Source: Thermoleophilaceae bacterium (GTDB lineage: Bacteria > Actinomycetota > Thermoleophilia > Solirubrobacterales > Thermoleophilaceae). Taken from it: a stretch of 64,000 bases of DNA. Within the stretch, counting starts at the first letter, position 1. Each line of letters starts with the position of its first letter. The position numbers were made by a program, and so were the translations under genes. The notes beneath the pieces were generated by a model. That model did not search any database and was not told the DNA's origin. It saw only the letters and a list, made by a program, of their open reading frames with translations. The stretch is from contig JBHELQ010000064.1 in NCBI GenBank assembly GCA_046262995.1, forward strand, positions 37,757-101,756. Reading direction: 5' to 3'. Below, piece by piece: positions 63,625 through 64,000 of the stretch.

Positions 63625-64000
63625 CTAGCGCCGGCCGCCCGCCGTCTGGCCGATGCCTCGCGCGAGGCGACCGCGAAGCTCCTCGCCGCGTCCCGCCGCC
63701 ACCGCCCTGGCCGCGCGCTCGCGGCTCAGCGGCACGCCCAGGCCCTCGGCGTACTCCAGCAGCTGCTGGCGCTCCTCCTGCTCCCGGGCCGCCTTCATGA
63801 ACAGCCAGGCGAACAGGAGGATCGTCAGGATGCTGCCCTCGATCATCATGATCGTCCCGGCCAGCCCCTGATCCCTGAGGCCGCCAATGTGCCGGGCAGC
63901 CTCGCTGTGCCCGTAGTCCGGATAGAAGACTGTCGAAGCCCAGAGCAGGACGTTTCCGAGCAGCGCATAGGTCAGTCGGACGCCGACGATGTAGCCGAGC
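63625..64000 (-). CDS. cytochrome c oxidase assembly factor CtaG-like (Caa3_CtaG family) membrane protein, C-terminal part only
   Basis: The frame stays open to the window edge: ...FYPDYGHSEAARHIGGLRDQGLAGTIMMIEGSILTILLFAWLF. The DQxxAG..M motif matches the family. Confidence 0.55.
   Translation of the reverse strand, partial: LGYIVGVRLTYALLGNVLLWASTVFYPDYGHSEAARHIGGLRDQGLAGTIMMIEGSILTILLFAWLFMKAAREQEERQQLLEYAEGLGVPLSRERAARAVAAGRGEELRGRLARGIGQTAGGRR

Noticed and set aside
1-64000. Search for rRNA, tRNA, CRISPR arrays, IS elements, prophage or toxin-antitoxin pairs.
   Set aside because: Intergenic regions are at most about 210 nt. None shows tRNA-like conserved arms, repeat-spacer structure or terminal inverted repeats. 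No transposase, integrase, capsid or terminase-like ORF was recognised.

Overview
This is a 64-kb chromosomal segment of a very high-G+C genome (about 70% or more by eye) of Actinomycetota type. The assignment rests on gene content and order: lysA-hom-thrC-thrB, an AdnAB/AddAB-type helicase-nuclease pair, a MarP-like protease and a WS/DGAT acyltransferase. A Thermoleophilia or Rubrobacteria-like source is plausible but cannot be proven from the window. The segment is almost fully coding, with about 62 CDS. I recognised no rRNA, tRNA, CRISPR, transposase, integrase or prophage genes.

Most content is housekeeping:
- A split SUF Fe-S assembly system: Rrf2 regulator-sufCDSU, then sufB 3.6 kb further on and a DUF59/SufT-like gene about 6 kb after sufB.
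- A NarL-type two-component pair plus an SCO1-like protein.
- ispH, topoisomerase III, a class B PBP, gltB, pdxH, a metal ABC importer, lgt and the lysA-hom-thrC-thrB operon.

The long ORFs in other frames or on the antisense strand are typical high-GC artefacts.

The best candidates for something new:
1. An envelope-stress neighbourhood (60.3-63.6 kb). The htpX-pspAB and pspA-pspAA modules bracket a stand-alone HD-GYP phosphodiesterase.
2. A tight co-directional minus-strand string (28.06 to 19.37 kb). An uncharacterised C-x8-C-x2-C protein precedes the AdnAB-type genes, which are followed by a lipoprotein, an acidic unknown and a compositionally atypical exported thermonuclease.
3. Two tandem, paralogous, membrane-anchored low-complexity proteins. 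One has a TonB-like KP/EP spacer and an Arg/Trp/His repeat tail.
4. Two RTX-repeat proteins with Tat-like N-terminal signals. One is fused to a metallophosphoesterase.

Smaller observations:
- A recurrent TANNNT-N6-9-start geometry that suggests leaderless mRNAs.
- A Fur/Zur-like palindrome in front of an ABC importer that lacks a binding-protein gene.
- A thioredoxin-fold DipZ-like protein that has lost both active-site cysteines.
- A thrC whose conserved N-terminus lies upstream of any canonical start codon.

All family calls come from motif recognition by eye. No database search was run.
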